From Nanobdellota archaeon (GTDB lineage: Archaea; Nanobdellota; Nanobdellia; Pacearchaeales; GW2011-AR1), in the NCBI GenBank assembly GCA_038045945.1, contig JBBSXC010000003.1, positions 21,859 to 85,858 of the forward strand: a DNA stretch of 64,000 nt, given 5' to 3'. This document shows, one piece after another, positions 18,265-27,198 of this stretch (the first letter of the stretch is position 1; each line of letters opens with the position of its first letter). The position numbers and the translations under genes are program-made. The notes beneath the pieces were generated by a model. It was not told the DNA's origin and made no database searches. It saw only the letters and a list, made by a program, of their open reading frames with translations.

Positions 18265-19140
18265 ATGAAACGTAAATTAGTACAACAAGGGGCTAGCACA
18301 ATGATGATTAGTCTACCTAGCAAGTGGGTTAAGGCAAATAACCTGATAAAGGGGAGCGAAGTGGACATGGATGAAAAGGGTAAAGAAATAGTTATTTCAA
18401 CTTCAATCAAGAAAGATAATGAAAAAAAGGCCGTAGTGGACCTATCAGGATATGATTTGCTAATAAACAGAGTTATAGTTTCTCTATACCTTAAGGGATA
18501 TGAGGAAGTAGAACTAATATTCAAAAACCGTGAAGAAATGAAGAAAGTGAAGAAGCATGTCCTTGAAGAATTGCTTGGTTTTGAAGTAATAAAACAGGAA
18601 CAAAATAAGATGATCATAAGAGACCTTACAGGTTTTGAAAAACAAAATATTGATGATGTGATAAAGAGGATATTCTTCGTTCTAGATGGGATGCTTGAAG
18701 ACTTAATTAATGCTGTAAACAAAAAAGAAAGCCTTGATGGAATAGTCGACCTTGATTCAAGCATTAATAAGCTGACACACTTTTCACTTAGAATACTTAA
18801 CTCTAAAGGATATTCTCAAGCAGATAAGACCGAAGAATTCTATGGTATGATCTCGATACTTGAACAAATTGGCGACTTAATAAAACAATTAGTGATGGAC
18901 TTAACAAAAGACAAACTTTCAACAAACCAACTAGAAGTAATCAGAAAAATTAGATTACTGTTAGATATTTTTTGCAAAATATTGTTTAAGTTTAATAAAG
19001 AAGAAGCTGTTAAATTCGCAAAACTATACCAAGAAATAAAAGATTCAATAAAGAATAAGAATAAGGTTGACTTAACGCTTAACCAGATTAACGAGGCGAT
19101 AATAAGAATGAATAACCACTTGCTGGTAACCGTGTTATAA
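18265..19140 (+). CDS. AbrB/SpoVT N-terminal domain fused to a PhoU-like helical domain, copy 2
   Basis: MKRKLVQQGASTMMISLPSKWVKANNLIKGSEVDMDEKGKEIVIS. Same architecture and gene context as 12698..13615. Confidence 0.5.
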   Translation: MKRKLVQQGASTMMISLPSKWVKANNLIKGSEVDMDEKGKEIVISTSIKKDNEKKAVVDLSGYDLLINRVIVSLYLKGYEEVELIFKNREEMKKVKKHVLEELLGFEVIKQEQNKMIIRDLTGFEKQNIDDVIKRIFFVLDGMLEDLINAVNKKESLDGIVDLDSSINKLTHFSLRILNSKGYSQADKTEEFYGMISILEQIGDLIKQLVMDLTKDKLSTNQLEVIRKIRLLLDIFCKILFKFNKEEAVKFAKLYQEIKDSIKNKNKVDLTLNQINEAIIRMNNHLLVTVL

Positions 19141-20730
19141 TTATATGTCTTGATGGTAGTAAGCAAGCCAAGCATCAACAAACTTTCTCCCATCTTTATC
19201 TAAAAACTTTCTGTAAGACTTGTAATCATTACTATTAGATTTAGACTTTACTTCTCTTAATTTACCAATTCCGGATCTTGAGACTACCATCGTATCTTCA
19301 ACGTCTACATTACCCTTACTATCTCGGCATTCTTCAATTGCCACTTCTAGTGATGCAGCAATTGTTGGGAAAAAGGGGCCAAATGCTGGATCATTCTTAT
19401 CAAAATCTTTATTGTTCAACTTGGCAAATAATCTTGATTGATACTCTGTTAATCTTTCGCCTCTAACATCTGAATTTGCTTGTGCGAAACTCTTAGCAAA
19501 ATAAGCAACAATTTTATCCTTTGATGCTAACTTAGCGTACCTGTCAAAACCTTGTTGAATCATGCCATCAGCAGTTTCATAGTCTAAATATTCCTGGCTA
19601 CTTTCTGAAACGAAAGATGTTTGTTTGCCTTCAAAAATCTCATCTTTTGGTTGATAAAGCATTCCCCTAACTTCTTGATCTGATAATTGTCTTCTTTCTG
19701 GAATTAATGAAGAAGCATAAATGCCAAAACCTATTAGTCCGCCAAGCCCTAATGCTCCTAAACCAAACCTTCTAGTATACTTTTTGAATTCATTCATTAC
19801 GTGAGACTTATCAAGTGTTCTTTCTAAGTTTTCTTTAAGGTCTGTACCGTTGCTAAACCTTTTATTTTCATCAATATTAAGTCCTTTTGAAAAGAACTTT
19901 CTTATCCTTCTGTCACTAATTTTCTCTTTAATTCTTCTATCTATGAATTCTTGTATAGCCTCTTTACTTGAACTCTTTATCTCATCATAACTTAAACCCT
20001 CTAGGGGGTATTCCCCAGTTTTTAACTTAAACATTAATGCTGTAGCACTATAGGTGTCTGTTCTCTTTGTAGGGTGACTCCCTTCATTAAAAAGTTCTGG
20101 GGCTCTAGTTAAAAACCATCCGATATTATCTCTTGGGGACTGAGTCATTCCCATACCTTCAACCGTTGATGCACCAAAATCATTAAGTAACAATCGTCCC
20201 TCTAAATTAATGGCAAAATTTCCCGGATGACCATCACCATGGACTCTGTTTAGTCCTGCCTTTGAGTGAACTTCGCTATATGCCGTTGCAATATCCCTCA
20301 CATAATGATCAAAATGGGGTTCTACCTTCTCCTCCCATGATGAAGGATTATAAGGATTATCTTTTGCTATAACCTCTAACATTTTATCTAAAAACATGTC
20401 GTAAGGGGGCATTACAATGAATCTTCTACCATTCTTATCGACTTCAAATCTTGTTGGAACAACTCTTGAACAAGCAGAAAGCTGAACAGCCTCATTATCC
20501 ATTGCTTTATTCTCATCAAGATTTCTCTTAGGCATCTTACCTAAAGCTTCATCCGTTGGAGCAAAAACTTTTATTGCAACATCCTGGCCCGTTATTCTGT
20601 CTTTACCCTTATAAACAATACCCCAAGAGCCCATACCGTAAATCTCTGCAGGATCAAAAGAATACCTATAAGAATCAATGATCCCAGGGTTCCCCCTTCT
20701 AGAGACAAAAGAATTATCCGTTTCAGTCAT
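19141..20730 (-). CDS. Membrane-spanning Hanks-type Ser/Thr protein kinase, copy 2
   Basis: GMGSWGIVYKGKD...VAIKVF. Catalytic loop VHGDGHPGNFAINL. DFG in LLLNDFGAS. TRAPELF...SHPT. TM helix FGLGALGLGGLIGFGIYASSLI. C-terminal domain of about 190 aa. Confidence 0.7.
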   Translation of the reverse strand: MTETDNSFVSRRGNPGIIDSYRYSFDPAEIYGMGSWGIVYKGKDRITGQDVAIKVFAPTDEALGKMPKRNLDENKAMDNEAVQLSACSRVVPTRFEVDKNGRRFIVMPPYDMFLDKMLEVIAKDNPYNPSSWEEKVEPHFDHYVRDIATAYSEVHSKAGLNRVHGDGHPGNFAINLEGRLLLNDFGASTVEGMGMTQSPRDNIGWFLTRAPELFNEGSHPTKRTDTYSATALMFKLKTGEYPLEGLSYDEIKSSSKEAIQEFIDRRIKEKISDRRIRKFFSKGLNIDENKRFSNGTDLKENLERTLDKSHVMNEFKKYTRRFGLGALGLGGLIGFGIYASSLIPERRQLSDQEVRGMLYQPKDEIFEGKQTSFVSESSQEYLDYETADGMIQQGFDRYAKLASKDKIVAYFAKSFAQANSDVRGERLTEYQSRLFAKLNNKDFDKNDPAFGPFFPTIAASLEVAIEECRDSKGNVDVEDTMVVSRSGIGKLREVKSKSNSNDYKSYRKFLDKDGRKFVDAWLAYYHQDI

Positions 20731-20903
20731 TTCTTTACCTCCTTTTCTTCAACCTTTATTTTGTCTTCTAAAACATCAATAGACAACTTAACAATCATAC
20801 CAGGCTTAAGGTGCTGCTCAAGAATTCTCGGAACAACAATGATTGCCTGGCTACCATGCTTAGCAATACGCTTAGTGATAATAAAGTTTTGTTTAGAAGT
20901 CAT
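20727..20903 (-). CDS. AbrB/MazE-like swapped-hairpin protein, 58 aa, translationally coupled to kinase 2. It is under the 60 aa track cutoff.
   Basis: Translated by hand as MTSKQNFIITKRIAKHGSQAIIVVPRILEQHLKPGMIVKLSIDVLEDKIKVEEKEVKK. Its stop overlaps the kinase ATG (ATGA). It is paralogous to 15184..15342. Confidence 0.45.
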   Translation of the reverse strand: MTSKQNFIITKRIAKHGSQAIIVVPRILEQHLKPGMIVKLSIDVLEDKIKVEEKEVKK

Positions 20904-21214
20904 TACTCATGCCACCCTTCCATTGATGAATCAAGAGATTTAGGAGAATACCTAAGAGAAAGAAGTCTAACAAGCGGCTCTAAAACTCTTTTTTCTTCAG
21001 GTTTAAAACCCTTAATAGAATGACTACCAGAAAAATGATCTGGGCGTACTAATGAATCCTCAAGGACACTTCTTAACAAATCGTTAAAAGAGGTATAATT
21101 TCTAACTTTCATATCGAAAACAGTTTCACCGCTCTGATTACCAAAAAGACTAATAAAAGTATAACTACAAATACCCTCTTCATCAGTTCTTTTAAGTGAA
21201 ACTTGGTAAGCCAT
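20903..21214 (-). CDS. Hypothetical protein, first gene of the kinase-2 operon
   Basis: Start chosen at MAYQVSLKRTDEEG..., about 104 aa. Its stop shares one nucleotide with the small AbrB-like start (TAATG). The longer 130 aa start in the track would run through an AT-rich promoter-like stretch. Confidence 0.3.
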   Translation of the reverse strand: MAYQVSLKRTDEEGICSYTFISLFGNQSGETVFDMKVRNYTSFNDLLRSVLEDSLVRPDHFSGSHSIKGFKPEEKRVLEPLVRLLSLRYSPKSLDSSMEGWHE

Positions 21215-21318
21215 ATTTTTATTATAAATTATACATCCTTTATGTATAGAAAATGGAAGCAAAAAGGGTATAAAAACCTTACTAAATGTAATCACTAAAG
21301 AGTTACACTAAAATGAGT

Positions 21319-21699
21319 TTAATTGTTTTCGTTAGGTGTTTCTTCGGCTAAGTATCCTTTTATCTCATCAATTATCGTCTTTAGTTCTTCTGTTTGTGGA
21401 ATTTTTCCTTCTTCAACTAAAACATTTCTCGCTTTCCTGATAATTTTACTATAAGGGGTTTTTGATAGTGAAGATTGTTCTGCTCCCATGCATAAAGTTG
21501 ACTTAAATAATAAATCTGGCGAATAAATACCTTTTTCTAGATTAAGTAATTGTCCTCTAGGGGAAACTGTTTCTTCTTTCATAACTTTGTAAACTGGGTC
21601 TAAAGCTTTACAAAAACCGCTATGAACATTATCAACCATTAATTCTGATACTTCTTCCCTAGCATTATGAGACTCGACACTTCCTTGATTTTCAACCAT
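21319..21699 (-). CDS. Hypothetical protein
   Basis: 126 aa. Its stop lies 8 nt inside the upstream FAD oxidase gene. Confidence 0.35.
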   Translation of the reverse strand: MVENQGSVESHNAREEVSELMVDNVHSGFCKALDPVYKVMKEETVSPRGQLLNLEKGIYSPDLLFKSTLCMGAEQSSLSKTPYSKIIRKARNVLVEEGKIPQTEELKTIIDEIKGYLAEETPNENN

Positions 21700-22969
21700 T
21701 TTTTATTTCCTCTCCACTTATAACTTTGTTAATAATTTCCTCTTCCTTCTTTTCCTCTTCTTCATCAATCTTCTTAATTATTTCAGCGATTGATTCCTTA
21801 GTTGGCAGTCCTAACTTTTCATCAAGGTCGACAATAACCCCTCTATTAAGTTTGTTGTTAGGATCGTAACGTTTCTTTATTCTTTGAGCTAATTTTTTGT
21901 CATTAATATCCATAAAATTCTTTTTTGTTTTACCAAAGCCGAAAGTTCCAGCAATGTTCCCTCTAATTTTTTTGACAAATAATCGCAAATCATTAATAGC
22001 TGAAAAGTCATTAGCTGAGAAAAGAGGGTTAACCAAACCGATGCCTAAATTAGCATGATAAGGAATTTTTTGTGAATCTAAATAATTAGCAACTTCTATT
22101 AGTCTGTCTAAGAAAACTCTAGGGTCTTCAACACGAACATAGCCAGAAAGAGAAGCATTCTTGTAAAGATCATCAATAATCCTTATCTTATTATTATAAA
22201 TATCTCCCTTAATGTCACCTCTATCCGACTCAAACTCTATAAACAAATGGTTAATTCTGCTTAAACCTAGTATTTCTGAAAGCATAGGTGAAATAAGATG
22301 AATCATGCTTACTTGGTTATCCATCTTAAGAGTTCTTGATAAATCAATGATTTTTAGTAAATCGGCAGAACGATAAACTGTTAATGACCTTTTAGGCTTA
22401 TCAATAACTTTTAACTTAGCAGAGTATATTATGCCTGTTATTCCTTCCATTCCTACAACGTTTGATGCGTCTATACGTCCAAGTTTTACAACTTTGCTAT
22501 GACCATCAATTATTTCTATTTCTAAAACATGATCAGCTACTCGCTTATACTTTGCACTTCTTGGGCCTGTCGCATTTGTTGCTATCATTCCGCCAATAGT
22601 ACAAATTGATCCTGACTGAGGATTAATAGGGAACTCCAAATTATACTTTGATAATTCTTGGTTTAAGTCATTAAGAATTATTCCAGCTTGAACATAAACA
22701 ACCTTTTTGTTAATATCAACATCTAAAATCTTGTCCATTTTTGACAAATCAACAACGACTGATCCCTCAGAAGGAACACATCCTCCAACAACTCCGCTCC
22801 CACCACCTCTAATGGTTATGTTATGATTCTCATGAACTATCTTGCGTAATTCTTCATCCGTTGTTGGAGTAAAAACGCTTATTGGATTATTACTTATTCC
22901 ACTTGCATCAGTTGAGTAAGCATTAATCGCGAGTTCCCTATCAATAACCTCTGACTTCTTATCTGTCAT
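21692..22969 (-). CDS. FAD-linked oxidase (PCMH-type FAD-binding domain), GlcD/D-lactate dehydrogenase-like
   Basis: NHNITIRGGGSGVVGGCVPSEGSVVVDLSKMDKILDVDINKKVVYVQAGIILNDL ... GSICTIGGMIATNATG is the FAD_binding_4 signature. Confidence 0.7.
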   Translation of the reverse strand: MTDKKSEVIDRELAINAYSTDASGISNNPISVFTPTTDEELRKIVHENHNITIRGGGSGVVGGCVPSEGSVVVDLSKMDKILDVDINKKVVYVQAGIILNDLNQELSKYNLEFPINPQSGSICTIGGMIATNATGPRSAKYKRVADHVLEIEIIDGHSKVVKLGRIDASNVVGMEGITGIIYSAKLKVIDKPKRSLTVYRSADLLKIIDLSRTLKMDNQVSMIHLISPMLSEILGLSRINHLFIEFESDRGDIKGDIYNNKIRIIDDLYKNASLSGYVRVEDPRVFLDRLIEVANYLDSQKIPYHANLGIGLVNPLFSANDFSAINDLRLFVKKIRGNIAGTFGFGKTKKNFMDINDKKLAQRIKKRYDPNNKLNRGVIVDLDEKLGLPTKESIAEIIKKIDEEEEKKEEEIINKVISGEEIKNG

Positions 22970-23748
22970 ATCTTAACCTCAATTTTACTAATGCCCAAAG
23001 CATGAGTTAACAACTGCGACATCTCTAAAACTTCTAAGCCAGAATTATTCTTATCATTATTCCTCTTCAAATGCTCATAATCCATAATGCCAATAGTTAC
23101 TAAACTATTAAAACCAGAATTTTTCACTTGGTTAAGACGTAAAATTGATGCCTCATCAGCTATTTGAGGATTAGTATAAGGCAAACCACCCGAACTTCCA
23201 GAATCAATAGTATTAACCTTAGAATTATGCAACTCCTTAACAGTATGGCCTAAAATACTCAAAAGTTTCCTTGGCTGCTCAATAATACTACTATACCTGC
23301 TCAAGTATGGAGAATCATGAAGTACTAAATCAAAACCAACATCCCGAAAAACCCTTCTTCCAAGCATTTTTTGAGTTATTGGAATGATTGCGTTAACAAC
23401 TTCCAAATCCCAATCCATCAAGAAATCCTTATAATCAATAAGTAAAGCCTTGTAACAAGAGGGACATGTAGTTATAATCTTGGTAACGCCTAAAGCTCGT
23501 AAGAGCTTTAAGTTTTTACGAGCTATCTTAATGAATTCTTTCTCAAAACCTAGTTCTATTGCTAATGAACCACAAATAAACGGTTTAGAAAGGCCCAAAT
23601 CCTTATCAGTAAGGAATGGTATCCCCAACTTCTTCATTATTAACTCATAATTATTCCTTATAGCCAAATTTTCATACTTTCCTAAAAGACAACCTGTATG
23701 AAGAAGAGTCTTACCTTTACCAATACCAAAAAACTCTTTTATACCCAT
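22966..23748 (-). CDS. Cysteine-rich CCG-domain Fe-S protein (GlcF/LutA-like partner of the FAD oxidase)
   Basis: CPSC motif in IITTCPSCYKAL with a second Cys cluster upstream. 4-nt overlap with the oxidase gene. Confidence 0.5.
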   Translation of the reverse strand: MGIKEFFGIGKGKTLLHTGCLLGKYENLAIRNNYELIMKKLGIPFLTDKDLGLSKPFICGSLAIELGFEKEFIKIARKNLKLLRALGVTKIITTCPSCYKALLIDYKDFLMDWDLEVVNAIIPITQKMLGRRVFRDVGFDLVLHDSPYLSRYSSIIEQPRKLLSILGHTVKELHNSKVNTIDSGSSGGLPYTNPQIADEASILRLNQVKNSGFNSLVTIGIMDYEHLKRNNDKNNSGLEVLEMSQLLTHALGISKIEVKI

Positions 23749-23871
23749 AAAAAGAGAAGAAAAGCAACCATTTTAAGCTTTAAGATTGTTCAATATATGT
23801 TTTATAATCTTAATGGCCAAAAGTGTAAACATTTTCTTGCTTTAAAGCGCTCTAACACCCTTTTAGAATAA

Positions 23872-24399
23872 TTAATCACTAGAAGTCAAATTCTGAACAT
23901 ACAAACCAATTTCTGAACCTATAACGCTAGTAAAACCCGAAAAGTATTTTTCCCTAATAAAAGTCATAGGCAAAACAACCTCTCCATTAGCGCCATAATC
24001 CTTAGAGAAAACTTTCAATAATTCTCTATTGTCATCATCATAAGACATCTCATAAAGATTAAGCTTAACCAAACGATTATTATCCTTCAATCCCTGAACG
24101 AAAGACTTACCTTCTAAACAAGAAGTACAATTAACAGCCTCATAAAAATAGTTTATTTCAACAAGCTTACTAATATTCTTAGAAAGAGAAGCTGTATCAT
24201 CAAGAGACTTAACAACATTAGAATTAATAGTCTGAGAAGAAGGAAGAGTGAAAAAGTAAACAAGGACAAGAATGACCGAAATGGCAAAAATTGCATTAGG
24301 CAAAGTCACAAACTTCTTCCAATAAGGCATAGAAGCCTCTTTTTTGTAAGGCTCAAATGAACCAGCCTTGCCCAAGTCAACAATAGCATCATCAACCAT
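23872..24399 (-). CDS. Membrane-anchored thioredoxin-like protein with a CxxC motif
   Basis: TM helix FVTLPNAIFAISVILVLVYFF, then NCTSCLEGKSF in a region predicted thioredoxin-fold. Confidence 0.35.
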   Translation of the reverse strand: MVDDAIVDLGKAGSFEPYKKEASMPYWKKFVTLPNAIFAISVILVLVYFFTLPSSQTINSNVVKSLDDTASLSKNISKLVEINYFYEAVNCTSCLEGKSFVQGLKDNNRLVKLNLYEMSYDDDNRELLKVFSKDYGANGEVVLPMTFIREKYFSGFTSVIGSEIGLYVQNLTSSD

Positions 24400-24460
24400 G
24401 AAGAAAATTATGATGAATGTTATTTATAAGGGTTATGATGTAGCAAAAAAGAATAAAAAA

Positions 24461-25045
24461 TCACAAAAAATAAACGATCATAGTAGTAATTATTGAACCC
24501 AAAGCCGCAACTGCCATATCCTTCTGAGCATCCCAAACGTCTCCTTGCGCACCCAAAAAAGATATTCCAGCCTTATTATCAGCTGTTTTAGCAACAAACC
24601 ACTCAATAATCTCAAAAAGACCAGAAGTAGCAACGATAAACTCCAAAGGAAAATAATAAGCCCAAAAACCATTAACTAACCCAAAATTAACCATTAATTC
24701 CATTATTGGATAAGTTAATAACAAACCATAAGAAAAATGAACAAGACGATCATACATATTCCTCTTAGTGCCAAATAACCCCCCAACTATTCTGCCTATT
24801 GGTGTCTTAGCATAAGTATAGTGTGAACCAACAACATGAAGAATCAAAAAAAGAGTGATTAAAGAATAAGAAACTAAAGACAAAGGAAAAAACTTAACAG
24901 AAAGGAACAATAAAGGCAAAAGAACAACAACCAATATGTTCTCTAAAAACCAAGCATCACGATGAAGAGGCTTAACACCAGACCAAAACCAAAAAAGGAA
25001 GAAAACGCATAATAGAGATAAAAGGTAAAAGTCAAGCATGAACAA
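24461..25045 (-). CDS. Polytopic membrane protein, unknown family
   Basis: 194 aa, about 5 TM helices. Confidence 0.4.
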   Translation of the reverse strand: MFMLDFYLLSLLCVFFLFWFWSGVKPLHRDAWFLENILVVVLLPLLFLSVKFFPLSLVSYSLITLFLILHVVGSHYTYAKTPIGRIVGGLFGTKRNMYDRLVHFSYGLLLTYPIMELMVNFGLVNGFWAYYFPLEFIVATSGLFEIIEWFVAKTADNKAGISFLGAQGDVWDAQKDMAVAALGSIITTMIVYFL

Positions 25046-25221
25046 TAAAATACTCAGACTTATTTATAAATATTCACTAAAAACACTTAAAAAACTTTTA
25101 GTTTTTTAGGCCTCGAGATTTAAAAATCTCAAAGCTGAGAAGTTTTTCAAACTTCAATACTTAAGATTCTGCGTATCAAAGAATCTTAAAGCTTAAAAAC
25201 ATGTGTGTATAATAATTTTTT

Positions 25222-25983
25222 ATGAAGATTGTATCATGGAACATTAACGGAATAAACTCATCAATAAGAGACGGAATTCTTGACTTTATCAAAAAAGACG
25301 ATGCTGACATATACTGCTTTCAAGAAGTTAAAAGCGACCCTAAAGCAGCAATAGAATCAGAAGTGGTGAAAGGAAAATACCATGCTTTTTGGCACGCAGC
25401 AAAAAAGAAAGGTTACAGCGGACTATTAGTATTAACTAAACAAAAACCTTTAGCAATAATAGAAGGAATAGGAAACTGGGAATTTGATGATGAAGGAAGA
25501 TTCCAAGCATTAGAATACGATGACTTCGTACTAGTAAACACTTACTTCCCAAACTCAAGAGAAGGACTAAGCAGACTAGAATTCAAAATGAAGTTTAACG
25601 AAGAATACTTAGAATTCATGAAAAAGTTAGAAAAAGAAACAAAAAAGCCATTAATAATGACTGGTGACTTCAACGTAGCACACAAAGAAATAGATTTAGC
25701 AAACCCTAAAGCAAACGAGAAAAATGCTGGTTTCTCAATACAAGAAAGAGAATGGTTCACAAAACTATTAGAATCAGGATTCGTTGACACATTCAGAGAA
25801 TTTGACAAAAGCGCAGGAAAATACACTTGGTGGACTTATCGTTTCGGTGCTCGCGCTAGAAACATTGGTTGGCGTATAGACTACTTTGTGGTAAGCAAAA
25901 AATTTATGAGCAAAATAAAGAAAAGTTATATTATGCCAGAAATAAAAGGAAGCGACCACGCAGTAATAGTTCTAGAAATATAA
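25222..25983 (+). CDS. xth: Exodeoxyribonuclease III / AP endonuclease (Xth/APE1 family)
   Basis: MKIVSWNINGI...DADIYCFQEVK ... NTYFPNS ... GDFNVAH ... WTYRF ... SDHAVIVLEI are the canonical EEP-fold motifs. 'tgtataat' lies 8-15 nt upstream of the ATG. Confidence 0.8.
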   Translation: MKIVSWNINGINSSIRDGILDFIKKDDADIYCFQEVKSDPKAAIESEVVKGKYHAFWHAAKKKGYSGLLVLTKQKPLAIIEGIGNWEFDDEGRFQALEYDDFVLVNTYFPNSREGLSRLEFKMKFNEEYLEFMKKLEKETKKPLIMTGDFNVAHKEIDLANPKANEKNAGFSIQEREWFTKLLESGFVDTFREFDKSAGKYTWWTYRFGARARNIGWRIDYFVVSKKFMSKIKKSYIMPEIKGSDHAVIVLEI

Positions 25984-26018
25984 TAATACTTAAATAATAA
26001 GAAATAATAATCATTATC

Positions 26019-26357
26019 ATGTCTGATTCTGAAGATATTGCTGCAATAATAATCAACCCAGTTTTTGAAAGGTACGGAGAAATGGGAAGAGTAAACTTCA
26101 AAACAAATAGGAATGGGTACTTTGATGTTATCTTTAGTGACGGAGAAATTGTTAGCTTACCAACAGGTTATGATGGCATAGAATTATACTACCTTAATGG
26201 AGATGACAGAGAAACAGGTTTTGACGCGCTTGAAAGAAAATACTCTGATATAAACGAAAGAAAGGGAAGGTCGGAGGGACTTGACATAACAGAGATTTTT
26301 GATTTAGAATTCTGCGAATTATTTGACAAAGAAAAACTAAGAAGAATCTTAGAATAA
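26019..26357 (+). CDS. Hypothetical protein, member 1 of a three-gene tandem paralog family
   Basis: 112 aa. Contains VIFSDGEIVSLPTGYDGIELYY and LDITEIF, both shared with the next two genes. Confidence 0.45.
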   Translation: MSDSEDIAAIIINPVFERYGEMGRVNFKTNRNGYFDVIFSDGEIVSLPTGYDGIELYYLNGDDRETGFDALERKYSDINERKGRSEGLDITEIFDLEFCELFDKEKLRRILE

Positions 26358-26383
26358 CATTAATAAATAATAAATAACCTTTT

Positions 26384-26731
26384 TTGTCCATGCCCCACAC
26401 ACCTTTACCATATGATGTATTCACTGATGATATGGTAATACTAGTTTTAGACAGAACTCATCCTAGATTTGGTCAATTAGCAAAAGTTGAAGCAAAAAGA
26501 GCACAAAACTACCTTGTAGGATTTGCTGATGGAGAATTAGAATCAATACCTAGATTATCATCAGTAATGGAAGACTATTATAGGCAAAAAGACATGAGGA
26601 GCCAAAGACTTGACATAACTCATAATGCTGGTATTGAAAGCCTCAAAAAAAGGTTTTGGGAAGTAGCTAGAAAAGATGTAGGGAGACTAGAAGAAGAATA
26701 CCATGAATTATTCAGAGAACACTTAGAATAA
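26384..26731 (+). CDS. Hypothetical protein, member 2 of the tandem paralog family
   Basis: 115 aa. VGFADGELESIPRLSSVMEDYY ... RLDITHNAGIE. Confidence 0.45.
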   Translation: MSMPHTPLPYDVFTDDMVILVLDRTHPRFGQLAKVEAKRAQNYLVGFADGELESIPRLSSVMEDYYRQKDMRSQRLDITHNAGIESLKKRFWEVARKDVGRLEEEYHELFREHLE

Positions 26732-26782
26732 AAAATAATGATTATATTAAAGAGTAATAATGTTTAAATTATCATTATTTTA

Positions 26783-27130
26783 TTGTTTACTAAGAAAAAA
26801 ATGGTTGGTGCTGTAAGTCTTAATGAACTTGTAGCTTTGATTACTACTAATTTTAACCAAAGCACTGGTAGAGCAGAATTTGTTGCCATGGCTAAAGTTA
26901 CTGGTAAATGCGATGAAGGAATAGAACTCTTATTAGCTGATGGAACACCAGCAATTGCTGATTATGATGATCCAGAAGTAAAATTGTTCTATAGAAGTGT
27001 ATCCACTGAAAAAAACGGTTATAACGGTGTTTTTCAACTTTTACAAAAATATCGTGACGCAGCAAGAGTGCCAACAGAATACATTTGCAGAGAATACGAA
27101 ATTCTTTTCGGTGAAGAATTCCCAATATAA
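26783..27130 (+). CDS. Hypothetical protein, member 3 of the tandem paralog family
   Basis: 115 aa. LLLADGTPAIADYDDPEVKLFY. The same F/L-(S/A)-DG-(E/T)...(S/A)-(L/I)-P...Y-Y motif is present but more diverged. Confidence 0.4.
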   Translation: MFTKKKMVGAVSLNELVALITTNFNQSTGRAEFVAMAKVTGKCDEGIELLLADGTPAIADYDDPEVKLFYRSVSTEKNGYNGVFQLLQKYRDAARVPTEYICREYEILFGEEFPI

Positions 27131-27198
27131 AAAAAGGATTTGTTAACACTATTATTTTTACACAAACCTTTAAATACGTTTTTTTCTTCACAAAAACA

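Noticed and set aside
25200-25222. Bacterial sigma70-type -10 box (tgtataat) upstream of xth as evidence for bacterial origin
   Set aside because: AT-rich intergenic DNA yields TATAAT-like strings by chance. Other genes such as grpE have TATA-like boxes at archaeal-type spacing, so the element is not decisive.
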